Shown here: piece after piece, positions 1-7,556 of the stretch
Position numbering within the stretch: position 1 is the stretch's first letter
How the letters are laid out: every line of letters begins with the position of its first letter
Virus record (IMG/VR): IMGVR_UViG_642973512_000001
Span: 32,001 to 96,000 of that record
Length of the DNA: 64,000 nt
From: a virus
Taxonomy: Duplodnaviria > Caudoviricetes
Reading direction: 5' to 3' (one strand)
Translations under genes and position numbers: made by a program
Notes under the pieces: model-generated
Databases searched by the model: none
The model's input: only the letters and a program-made list of their open reading frames with translations
Told to the model about the DNA's origin: nothing

Positions 1-1
1 T

Positions 2-373
2 AAAACTGATATCAAGGATACTGAATTAGGTCTTGATTTCCTCTTAAAAGTAAGACCTGTAGATTTTAGGTGGGATTATCGGGATGACTATCAAGAGATA
101 GATGAAGAAGGTAATCTTATTACCCATGAGAAAGATGGATCAAGGTCTGGTAATCGGTTCCATCATGGGGTTATAGCCCAAGAGATACAAGAAGTTATTC
201 AGAAGACAGGAAAAGACTTCGGAGGTTTACAAGACCATAAAATAAATGGTGGAACAGATGTTCTATCAATTGGGTATGAAGAATTCATAGCACCTATAAT
301 TAAGTCAATACATGAACTTCATAAAATGGTTAGTGATCTTTCAGATAGGATTTCTGAACTAGAAAACAAGTAG
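2..373 (+). CDS. 3' end of a tailspike/appendage protein: intramolecular chaperone (Peptidase S74-like) domain, partial
   Basis: Hand translation in frame +2 gives KTDIKDTELGLDFLLKVRPVDFRWDYR...RFHHGVIAQEIQEV...LSIGYEEFIAPIIKSIHEL...ELENK*. The K-x-DI, 'L+PV.F.W' and 'G.IAQE+' motifs plus a coiled-coil end are typical of S74 chaperone domains. Confidence 0.8.
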   Translation, partial: KTDIKDTELGLDFLLKVRPVDFRWDYRDDYQEIDEEGNLITHEKDGSRSGNRFHHGVIAQEIQEVIQKTGKDFGGLQDHKINGGTDVLSIGYEEFIAPIIKSIHELHKMVSDLSDRISELENK

Positions 374-375
374 TT

Positions 376-406
376 AGGAGAAAACTTTTGAGGGGTTAGT
401 TTGTTT
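376..406 (+). promoter_or_regulatory. SPO1-type middle (sigma-gp28) promoter
   Basis: AGGAGA (376-381), 18-nt spacer, TTTGTTT (400-406); fits the SPO1 middle consensus AGGAGA...TTTNTTT. Confidence 0.7.
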
Positions 407-411
407 CTTTC

Positions 412-596
412 AACAGAGCTTGCACGCCTAGGACGCTTCAGCGTAACTGCGAACCACGGCAAGACTTTTAAGCTTCACAAGACCTGTTACTTCAGTCTCC
501 ACGTTTCGGGTGACCGAGATTGAGGTTGTACACGTTAAACCCGACCATAGGTGTCCCACCCTTAACAGGCAGAGGTGGGGTAGCACCTATAAACCT
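412..596 (+). ncRNA. Putative structured non-coding RNA of unknown family
   Basis: More GC-rich than its flanks, no credible ORF. Helices 419-423/459-463, 433-436/441-444, 489-499/516-526, 547-560/574-590; possible pseudoknots 506-511/539-544 and 483-489/563-569. Confidence 0.5.
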
Positions 597-669
597 GCCC
601 ATGTAGCTCAGTGGATAGAGCACGTCCCTCCTAAGGACGGTGTCGGGAGTTCAAATCTCTCCATGGGCG
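597..669 (+). tRNA. tRNA-Arg (anticodon CCT, reads AGG); CCA not encoded
   Basis: Acceptor stem GCCCATG/CATGGGC, D arm GCTC-AGTGGATA-GAGC, anticodon arm CGTCC-CTCCTAA-GGACG, T loop TTCAAAT. Confidence 0.95.
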
Positions 670-671
670 TT

Positions 672-780
672 TATGGAAGTTGGGCGCTGTCATAGTACCG
701 CTTGGTTTCTATAGCTTTTATGGTTGAAGTCATCAGAGAGGTAGTACGAAGTAACTAAGTGCTACAAAACCGTAAAAAGG
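672..780 (+). ncRNA. Possible second structured RNA in the tRNA trailer
   Basis: Helix 716-725/768-777 encloses 741-747/759-765; there is also a GU-rich hairpin at 676-709. Confidence 0.3.
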
Positions 781-805
781 CTGTCACTACATGTGGCGGT
801 CTTTT
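775..805 (+). terminator. Rho-independent terminator closing the tRNA unit
   Basis: AAAAGGCTGTCAC-tacat-GTGGCGGTCTTTT. Confidence 0.6.
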
Positions 806-959
806 CTATGCTTTTTGCGAAGAAAAACCTTGATAGGTTTTTACCTTTAATCAGGACTGCGGCAGAAAATTGATTATGACTTCAATAGGATTTTGAATAT
901 AATACTGCATCTCATTCACACCCAACTCAACCGTCAAATACCATCTGCATGTCACAATA

Positions 960-1120
960 TACGGCGCAACAAAGTTATTTCAAATTTACTACAAAGAGTA
1001 AAAGAGAAAAATTTAAAGAGCAAAGTTTTTTAATTTTTTCTTTTTAAAGGTACTTTTAAATAACTTTTTTATACTTAAAATATTTTTTCTTTAATCCTAC
1101 GAAGTAGGATTAAAGGGGCG
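960..1120. other. AT-rich element plus 12-bp GAA-loop hairpin, copy 1 (candidate replication origin)
   Basis: About 120 bp of A/T tracts with repeated CTTTTAAA, followed by CTTTAATCCTAC-GAA-GTAGGATTAAAG (1089-1115). A second copy lies at 46270-46445. Confidence 0.45.
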
Positions 1121-1204
1121 AGAGATACGGACATACAACTGACAGTGTTATAAGGTGAAGAGTTCTCCACGCAGACTTTTCTTTTGTTAAAGGAGGAGAG
1201 GTTA

Positions 1205-2101
1205 TTGAGCACACTCAAACATTGGGAGCATACAGAGTACGTTAATAAAGAAGACTATCAAGCGTTCACAGAGCACAATGTTCCGCTAACCCCTTCAGTA
1301 ACTTTACCCTACAACACAGCTGTGTATGTAGAATCTGAAGGCTCTAAGAGATTAGAAGGTATCTATGACCCTACTATAAAGGGAATTAGGAAACTTAAGA
1401 GCAGAAAAGAGCCTAACAGAGATTTAAGACTATACCAAGATGCTATGATGTCTCCTCATATGACAGTAGTAGCAGTAGATGGTCTTATGGGTACTGGTAA
1501 AACTAGTACTTGTATTGAATTCCTTATCAACCAGCATCTAAAGAGTGTAACCAGTATAGATGGGCTTGGTAGTTATTCAAGTCACCACAAGCTATTAATA
1601 GCCAAACCCTCAGTAAATGCTGATGGAGAAGAATATGGTTTCTTGCCCGGAGACATAAATGAGAAAATTCAACCAACCCTAGCAAATTACGTTCAGTATT
1701 TTGAGCGTAACCATCAATGCAGTTTTGATGAGTTGAGGGAAGCAGGGGTTGTTGAGATACTTCCTCTAGGATTTATCCGTGGACTTGATGCCCAAAATAT
1801 GACAATTGTAGTTGATGAATGTCAAAATACTAAGGAATTAGTAACTGTTGTGACTAGGAAAGCCAAGGAAGATAGTAGAATTTTCCTATTAGGTGACACC
1901 AGTCCATTTCAAATTGACAGGCAGGGTAACACTCCAGAGAATAATGGATTGTCCCACATTATGGACTTATTACAGGGTGCCCCATATTTTCAATATATTG
2001 AAATGACCTCTGTAGAACACATTGTTAGAAGTGAAGAGGTAAAAGATATAGTTAGAAGACTATTTAAGAAGCATGGGTCCAATCCTAAAGAGTGGATCTA
2101 G
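1205..2101 (+). CDS. phoH: PhoH-family ATPase
   Basis: Walker A GLMGTGKT, GFLPGDINEK, 'FIRG', VVDECQN, LGD..QID and IVRS motifs. TTG start placed after AAGGAGG. Confidence 0.9.
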   Translation: MSTLKHWEHTEYVNKEDYQAFTEHNVPLTPSVTLPYNTAVYVESEGSKRLEGIYDPTIKGIRKLKSRKEPNRDLRLYQDAMMSPHMTVVAVDGLMGTGKTSTCIEFLINQHLKSVTSIDGLGSYSSHHKLLIAKPSVNADGEEYGFLPGDINEKIQPTLANYVQYFERNHQCSFDELREAGVVEILPLGFIRGLDAQNMTIVVDECQNTKELVTVVTRKAKEDSRIFLLGDTSPFQIDRQGNTPENNGLSHIMDLLQGAPYFQYIEMTSVEHIVRSEEVKDIVRRLFKKHGSNPKEWI

Positions 2102-2106
2102 ACACC

Positions 2107-2172
2107 AAACAGTCCCCATTAGACTAGGTACTTTTCCTTATGAGAAAAGACTAAAAATGGGGATTGTTTTTT
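2107..2172 (+). terminator. Long hairpin/terminator overlapping a probable middle promoter
   Basis: AAACAGTCCCCATT/AATGGGGATTGTTT followed by a T run; ATGAGA (2140-2145), 18 nt, TTGTTTT lies inside it. Confidence 0.5.
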
Positions 2173-2195
2173 GTTGAATGGAAGGAGGTAACAAA

Positions 2196-2369
2196 ATGAC
2201 CAAACTTAGGCTAATCACAGGAACAGTGTACACTGAAATGTCTGCGGCGGAAGTTCGTTCTTACCTGCAAAGAGGTAGTAAAGCAGGAACCATCAATGGG
2301 TATGAGGACGAAGCAAAGACAGTACCTATTCTAATCTCAGTAGAGTCTATTGAGTACATTTACCTGTAA
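2196..2369 (+). CDS. Hypothetical protein (57 aa)
   Basis: AAGGAGG precedes ATG 2196; the stop overlaps the next start (TAATG). Confidence 0.75.
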   Translation: MTKLRLITGTVYTEMSAAEVRSYLQRGSKAGTINGYEDEAKTVPILISVESIEYIYL

Positions 2370-3100
2370 TGCGTGTAACTCATGTTGTCCTGTCCCTATT
2401 GTTTGTGTGCTTTGTATGTTCTCAGATCAATAACTATCTCCTCTCTAAGGATAGGGATAGTCTAGTGGAGGAAATCTCTGATATAAAGGACACCAATCAG
2501 ATTTTGCTAGAGAAGAATACACACTTAACTGATGACCTAACTGATGCCAAGGACAAGGTTAAGGACTTAGAAAAGGAACTAAAGGATGCTAGCAAAATCT
2601 CTAAGAAGGTTGAGAGTCAAGTGAAGAAGTTGAAGGAGGACAAGAAGACCCTTGAACAGGATAAAAAGAATCTTGAAAAGGATAAAGCAAGTCTTCAAAA
2701 GCGGGTAAAAGAGCTGTCCTTAAAAGACGACACTAGTAAGTCCCCTTCTAGTAAAGAAAAGCAGAGCACCTCTAAAAAAGTGGCTTCCTCTACACCGAGT
2801 AAGGATTCTAGTAAAGGTAGAACGTTAACGATGGTAGCGACAGCCTATACAGCTTCTTGTGCTGGGTGTAGTGGAGTGACCACTACAGGTATTGATCTTA
2901 GAGACGATCCAAGTATGAAAGTAATAGCAGTAGATCCAAATGTTATACCCTTAGGTAGTCGAGTACATGTTGAGGGTTATGGTTATGCAATCGCAGGAGA
3001 TACCGGAGGAGCCATCAAAGGTAATAAGATTGACATATTTGTACCTAACCGTCAAGATGCACTAGCATGGGGAGTTCGTACTGTTAAAGTTACGTACTGA
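2369..3100 (+). CDS. Membrane-anchored coiled-coil protein with C-terminal 3D (YocH/Sps-like) muralytic domain
   Basis: Hydrophobic N-terminus, heptad region, Ser/Lys linker, then ATAY..C.GC.G.T.TG...IAVDPNVIPLGS...AGDTGGAIKGNKIDIF. Confidence 0.9.
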   Translation: MRVTHVVLSLLFVCFVCSQINNYLLSKDRDSLVEEISDIKDTNQILLEKNTHLTDDLTDAKDKVKDLEKELKDASKISKKVESQVKKLKEDKKTLEQDKKNLEKDKASLQKRVKELSLKDDTSKSPSSKEKQSTSKKVASSTPSKDSSKGRTLTMVATAYTASCAGCSGVTTTGIDLRDDPSMKVIAVDPNVIPLGSRVHVEGYGYAIAGDTGGAIKGNKIDIFVPNRQDALAWGVRTVKVTY

Positions 3101-3191
3101 CCCTAGGATAAGGAACTCCATAAAGTACCTTAAAAAATTTTATAGTAATGGACAGTTGTCTCCAGAGTGGCACTTACCAAAGGCGCTACTT

Positions 3192-3223
3192 AGGAGACAA
3201 TTTTTGTCTCTGAGATTTTATTT
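3192..3223 (+). promoter_or_regulatory. Middle promoter upstream of RNR, overlapping a hairpin
   Basis: T-AGGAGA-CAATT...TTTATTT. The -35 box is also the 3' arm of hairpin 3154-3163/3193-3202. Confidence 0.65.
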
Positions 3224-3255
3224 ACAATGAACAAGTTCAAGGGAGGATTAACTGA

Positions 3256-5526
3256 ATGAATACAGATATTAAGGACTTCAACCCTTCAGATTTTTTAGAA
3301 TTTGTCCTGAGGGGTCATGAGGACTCTAAGGTTGAGACGTACAGAACACAGGTAGAAAAGGCTATCGCAAGAGGAGAGGACATCAACACTATTACTAATC
3401 TTGCTTTAGTGCGTGTTGACATAGACACTCCAGAATGGAACTTTATCGCCGCTAGATCAATCCTGTTTGATTTGTACTATAAAGCGGGACAATTGCGTGG
3501 GGACCAAAACCCTGTACAGAGAATTAAAGAACTGATAAACAACGGTCAATATGGAAGTTTCCTACTTGAAAAGTATACGGAAGATGAGATCAATCAGGCT
3601 TACTCTTTCATTGACACTGAGAGGGACTTATTACTAGATCACAGTGGTATTATGATGTTGAATGATCGTTACTTATTTAAGTATAAGGATTCAAAAGGTA
3701 ATATGCATCCTTATGAGCTTCCACAGGAGCGCTGGCTTACAATTGCCCTTACATTGATGCAGGATGAAAAACCTGAAAAACGCATGGATCTTGTTAAGAA
3801 AGCATATTGGGTTCTCAGTAATCTTTACATTACTGTAGCTACACCCACAATGGGGAATGCAGGTAGACCAGATGGTCAGTTAAGCTCGTGTTTCATTGGA
3901 ACAGTAGAAGATTCCCTAGACAATATCTATGATAATAACAAAGATTCAGCTATGGTGTCTAAGTTTGGTGGGGGTATCGGGGTTTACATGGGTAAAATCC
4001 GTTCACTCAACAGTTACATCCGTGGTATGAAAGGTAAGTCTCAAGGTGTTATCCCTTGGATTAAAGGGCTTGAAAATACAGCAAATAGTGTAGACCAGCT
4101 AGGTCAGCGTAAAGGTGCTATTGCAGTTTACCTAGACATCTGGCATAAGGATGTTATGGAATTCCTGCAAATTGGTACTAATAACGGGGATGAGAGACGT
4201 AAAGCACGTGACGTATTCCCAGGCTTATGTGTACCAGACCTTTTCATGGAGAAACTACAGCCAAACCCTGAAACAGGTAAGGTTGATCCAGATGCTAAAT
4301 GGTATCTGTTTGACCCTCATGAAGTTAGAATGGTGATGGGGTATAGCCTTGAAGACTCCTATGACGAGGAAGAGGGAGCAGGTACTTTCCGAAAGAGATA
4401 CATGGAGTGTGTGAACAGTCCTCTGCTATCACGTACAGAAGTACTAGTAAAAGATGTGGCTAAGGCTTTCATGGTGTCTCTTATGGAAACAGGAATGCCG
4501 TTTATGTTCTTCCGTGATGAAGTAAACAGAAAGAACCCTAATAAACATGCTGGAATGATCTACTGCTCTAATTTATGTACTGAGATCACCCAAAACATGA
4601 GTCCTACAGTACAAGTTGAAGAGTATGTAGAGAATGAAGATACTGATGAGGCTATGATTGTTTATAAGGTTAAGCCTGGTGACTATGTTGTATGTAACTT
4701 GAGTTCAGTCAACCTAGGAAAAGCGTACCCTTCAGGTCATCTAGAAGACATTATTGATATTCAGGTACGTATGCTGGATAACGTTATTGATGTTAACAAT
4801 CTCCCTAGGAAACAAGCAACTCTTACTAACAAAAAGTATCGTGCAATCGGTCTAGGTACATTTGGATGGCACCATTTGTTGGCTGTTAGTGGGATTAAAT
4901 GGGATTCTGAAGAGTCTGTAGAATTTGCTGATAAGGTATATGAAAAAATAGCTTACCTAGCTTTGAGAGCTAGTGCAGATATCGCCAAAGAAAAAGGCAC
5001 TTACAGAGCATTTGAGGGTAGTGACTTCCATACAGGGGACTACTTTAACATCAGAGGATACAAGTCTGAAGGCTCTGAACATGATTGGGATACTCTTAAA
5101 GAGGACTGTATGAATACAGGTATCCGCAACGCCCATGTACTTGCAGTTGCACCTAATGGTAACACAGCTCTTATTGCTGGATCAACTCAGGGTATTGACG
5201 CATTCTATACGGGTACAGGAATTTACTATGAAGAGAAGAAAGACTTTAAGATTCCTGTTATTGCTCCTGATATGAGTCCAAAAACATTCCCTTACTATTG
5301 GAAGAGTGGGGCGTTTGATGTATCTCATGAATACACAATTAGACAAAATGCCATGAGACAGAAACACATTGACCAGTCGGTTAGTTTCAATATCTACATT
5401 AAGAGTGATATCAAGTTTAAGGACATCTTAAACATTATAAATACGTGTTGGAAAAATAAGCTAAAGACTACTTACTACTTTAGAGGACAATCCAACGACA
5501 TTGAAGATTGCGTATCATGCACTTGA
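3256..5526 (+). CDS. nrdA: Class I ribonucleoside-diphosphate reductase alpha subunit
   Basis: ATPT..NAGR, QLSSCF, GGGIG, DQLGQRKGA, SNLCTEI (thiyl Cys), VCNL, APNG, KTTYY, C-terminal CxxC. No intron or intein seen. Confidence 0.95.
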   Translation: MNTDIKDFNPSDFLEFVLRGHEDSKVETYRTQVEKAIARGEDINTITNLALVRVDIDTPEWNFIAARSILFDLYYKAGQLRGDQNPVQRIKELINNGQYGSFLLEKYTEDEINQAYSFIDTERDLLLDHSGIMMLNDRYLFKYKDSKGNMHPYELPQERWLTIALTLMQDEKPEKRMDLVKKAYWVLSNLYITVATPTMGNAGRPDGQLSSCFIGTVEDSLDNIYDNNKDSAMVSKFGGGIGVYMGKIRSLNSYIRGMKGKSQGVIPWIKGLENTANSVDQLGQRKGAIAVYLDIWHKDVMEFLQIGTNNGDERRKARDVFPGLCVPDLFMEKLQPNPETGKVDPDAKWYLFDPHEVRMVMGYSLEDSYDEEEGAGTFRKRYMECVNSPLLSRTEVLVKDVAKAFMVSLMETGMPFMFFRDEVNRKNPNKHAGMIYCSNLCTEITQNMSPTVQVEEYVENEDTDEAMIVYKVKPGDYVVCNLSSVNLGKAYPSGHLEDIIDIQVRMLDNVIDVNNLPRKQATLTNKKYRAIGLGTFGWHHLLAVSGIKWDSEESVEFADKVYEKIAYLALRASADIAKEKGTYRAFEGSDFHTGDYFNIRGYKSEGSEHDWDTLKEDCMNTGIRNAHVLAVAPNGNTALIAGSTQGIDAFYTGTGIYYEEKKDFKIPVIAPDMSPKTFPYYWKSGAFDVSHEYTIRQNAMRQKHIDQSVSFNIYIKSDIKFKDILNIINTCWKNKLKTTYYFRGQSNDIEDCVSCT

Positions 5527-5545
5527 TCTAGGGAGGAGAAAAAGC

Positions 5546-6586
5546 ATGGAAAGACTTAAAGAGATCAAACTAATGACACCACGGTACCCCAACAGGGGTA
5601 CTGACATCATTGGGGGCAAGATGTCAGGAATCATGAACTGGAATGACATCCGCTATCCACAGATGTACACCATTTATAAGCAAATTCGGTCTAATTTCTG
5701 GATTCCACAAAGAATATCTTTGGTGGAAGATGTACGCCAGTTCCCTAACTTACCTAAGAGAACTCAGGAAGCTTATTTGGACGTCATAGGTCAACTATCA
5801 ACCCTTGACAGTATTCAAACACGTTTAGTGTTAGAGTTTGGACGTTTCTTATCAGAGCCAACTTATCAACCTATTGCGGCTAATATTGCTCAGCAGGAAG
5901 CTACGCATGAAGAGTCATACTCATACGTGTTGTCTTCTGTTGTTCCTGATACTAACAAACAGAACGAGGTATTTGATAAAGCCAAGACGAATGAAGATGT
6001 TCTTAAGAGAAACGATAGAGTTTACAAGTACTACCAAGAATTTGTAGACAACCCAACACCACAGACGTTCTTTAGAGCACTAGTAGCCTGTGTAGTGTTA
6101 GAAGGTATCTATTTCTACTCTGCATTTACATTCTTCTATAATCTGGCTCGTAACCATTTAATGGTGGGTACATCTACCATGATCAACTATATTCAGAGGG
6201 ATGAAGTAGCTCATGCGTACTTCTTCAGCCAAGTACTAAGATACTTGATGGCAGAAAGACCAGAGCTACACACAGAAGAGAATGTTAATTTCATCTACGA
6301 CATGATGCAGGAAGCGGCAGACTTAGAGATTGAGTACTCACAGAAGATTCTGCATGATATCCCAGGACTTGATCTAGAGGAGTTAGAAGGGTACATTAAG
6401 AGCCTATGTAACCGTAGATTGCGTGGAGTCGGTCTTGATGACATCTATGCGGGAGTAGAAAATTCTATGCCTTGGATGATCGCCTTTGATGATGGGTCCA
6501 ATAACCAAACAAAATCTGACATGTTTGAGCAAAAGTCTCGTAACTACAAAAAAGTAGACGAAGACAATGATGCTGATGACTTTTAA
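5546..6586 (+). CDS. nrdB: Class I ribonucleotide reductase beta subunit
   Basis: NFW.P, LD.IQ, QEATHEESY (radical Tyr), EGIYFYSAF, RDEVAH. GGAGGAG precedes ATG 5546. Confidence 0.95.
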   Translation: MERLKEIKLMTPRYPNRGTDIIGGKMSGIMNWNDIRYPQMYTIYKQIRSNFWIPQRISLVEDVRQFPNLPKRTQEAYLDVIGQLSTLDSIQTRLVLEFGRFLSEPTYQPIAANIAQQEATHEESYSYVLSSVVPDTNKQNEVFDKAKTNEDVLKRNDRVYKYYQEFVDNPTPQTFFRALVACVVLEGIYFYSAFTFFYNLARNHLMVGTSTMINYIQRDEVAHAYFFSQVLRYLMAERPELHTEENVNFIYDMMQEAADLEIEYSQKILHDIPGLDLEELEGYIKSLCNRRLRGVGLDDIYAGVENSMPWMIAFDDGSNNQTKSDMFEQKSRNYKKVDEDNDADDF

Positions 6587-6597
6587 GGAGTGTCTAT

Positions 6598-6783
6598 ATG
6601 ACTACTTTTATCTTAATCCTATCTCTAGGAGTGGCTGTTCCGTCTTCCATGTATGTACTGGTGGCTATCTTGTCCCTAATTCTAGACAGGAACACTGTTG
6701 TTAGTAGGAGGATGGTAGTGACTTACTTTTTCTTTCTAGTATCTTGGGCAGTGGCAATCCAGACCTTTGTAGGATGGGGGTGA
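6598..6783 (+). CDS. Small membrane protein (two predicted TM segments)
   Basis: AAGGAG RBS; two hydrophobic stretches. Confidence 0.7.
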   Translation: MTTFILILSLGVAVPSSMYVLVAILSLILDRNTVVSRRMVVTYFFFLVSWAVAIQTFVGWG

Positions 6784-6788
6784 CACCT

Positions 6789-6923
6789 ATGAAAGAAATA
6801 GAAAACAAGAAGGACGATTTTGGCAAACCTATTAAGGATAAGAAAGAGTCTGCAAAGCGTGAAAAGTCTCTTGCAGATAACGCAGACCTAGTAAAAAGAG
6901 AGTCTTTTGACTTGTTTAAATAA
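6789..6923 (+). CDS. Small charged hypothetical protein (44 aa, not in ORF track)
   Basis: GGGGGTG RBS; MKEIENKKDDFGKPIKDKKESAKREKSLADNADLVKRESFDLFK*; fills the gap before a terminator. Confidence 0.6.
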   Translation: MKEIENKKDDFGKPIKDKKESAKREKSLADNADLVKRESFDLFK

Positions 6924-6943
6924 CGTGTAGTCATGACTACAAT

Positions 6944-6972
6944 TAGCCCCCAGTGATCTTGGGGGCTATTTT
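6944..6972 (+). terminator. Rho-independent terminator
   Basis: TAGCCCCCA/TGGGGGCTA followed by a T run. Confidence 0.8.
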
Positions 6973-7025
6973 ATTTTTAGTCAAAGAGATCATATGAACA
7001 CTAGAATAGGATTGGAGGTAAGAAA

Positions 7026-7442
7026 ATGGATAAAGACATCCTTCTAGTAATAGATATTGAAAAGGGCAAGAGTGATAGATCAGGTTTGATACAACAGGTA
7101 GTTACCTATGTAAAGGATGGAAGAACAGTCACTAGAAAGCAATGGGTTCGTAGTGGTTTTGCAGACCATGCTAAACTAGCCAGTGAACAGAGGAAAAAGA
7201 AGGATGAGGAGGATGAGAAACAGGCTAAGAAAAGGGAGAAGAAGGAGAAGCAAATACTAGAGGATGATTCTAAGCTAAGTCACACTGTAGACTTAAAAGA
7301 AAAAAGGGATAGAAAAGATACATCAGAAGATGGAGTAAAGCATGGTAGGAACAGGAAGGTGGTAGAAGATGTGAAGCTAAAACATAAGAAAAAACATAAA
7401 AAGAAGCACAAGGATAAAAAGCATGACAAGGACGATAAGTAA
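7026..7442 (+). CDS. Highly charged Lys/His-rich protein upstream of the portal (possible internal head/DNA-binding protein)
   Basis: GGAGG RBS; KHKKKHKKKHK tail. Function inferred from position only. Confidence 0.7.
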   Translation: MDKDILLVIDIEKGKSDRSGLIQQVVTYVKDGRTVTRKQWVRSGFADHAKLASEQRKKKDEEDEKQAKKREKKEKQILEDDSKLSHTVDLKEKRDRKDTSEDGVKHGRNRKVVEDVKLKHKKKHKKKHKDKKHDKDDK

Positions 7443-7457
7443 TTTCTAGGAAACTAC

Positions 7458-7485
7458 AGCATGCACGTACAGTGTATGCTTTTTT
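7458..7485 (+). terminator. Rho-independent terminator
   Basis: AGCATGCAC/GTGTATGCT followed by a T run. Confidence 0.6.
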
Positions 7486-7498
7486 AATTCCTTTTGGA

Positions 7499-7504
7499 GA
7501 TATT
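7499..7504 (+). promoter_or_regulatory. Possible late-promoter -10 element (GATATT) before the portal
   Basis: Matches the SPO1 late -10 consensus; the same hexamer occurs at 9134-9139 before the protease. No clear -35. Confidence 0.3.
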
Positions 7505-7556
7505 TTAGGGGAATCAGATTAGTATGGACGTTTTATTTCTATAGGGAGGTGGACTT

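Noticed and set aside
392-520. Faint tmRNA resemblance (GGGG..., TTTCAACAG, GCACGCCTAGG, TAACT-GCG-AAC resume-like context)
   Set aside because: No acceptor stem, T arm or CCA end, no Ala-ending tag, and the GGGG lies inside the promoter spacer.
510-695. 61-aa ORF in the track
   Set aside because: Overlaps a clear tRNA and a structured region; no SD.
700-745. Minus-strand CTGATGA...GAAA resembling a hammerhead ribozyme core
   Set aside because: The intervening 20 nt do not form stem II adjacent to the core, and stems I and III could not be built.
730-745. CATCAGAGAGG resembling the SAM-I riboswitch 5' core
   Set aside because: Kink-turn, P3 and other conserved SAM-I elements are absent.
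3256-6586. Possible introns or inteins in the RNR genes, common in Bacillus phages
   Set aside because: Both ORFs are continuous and of normal length.
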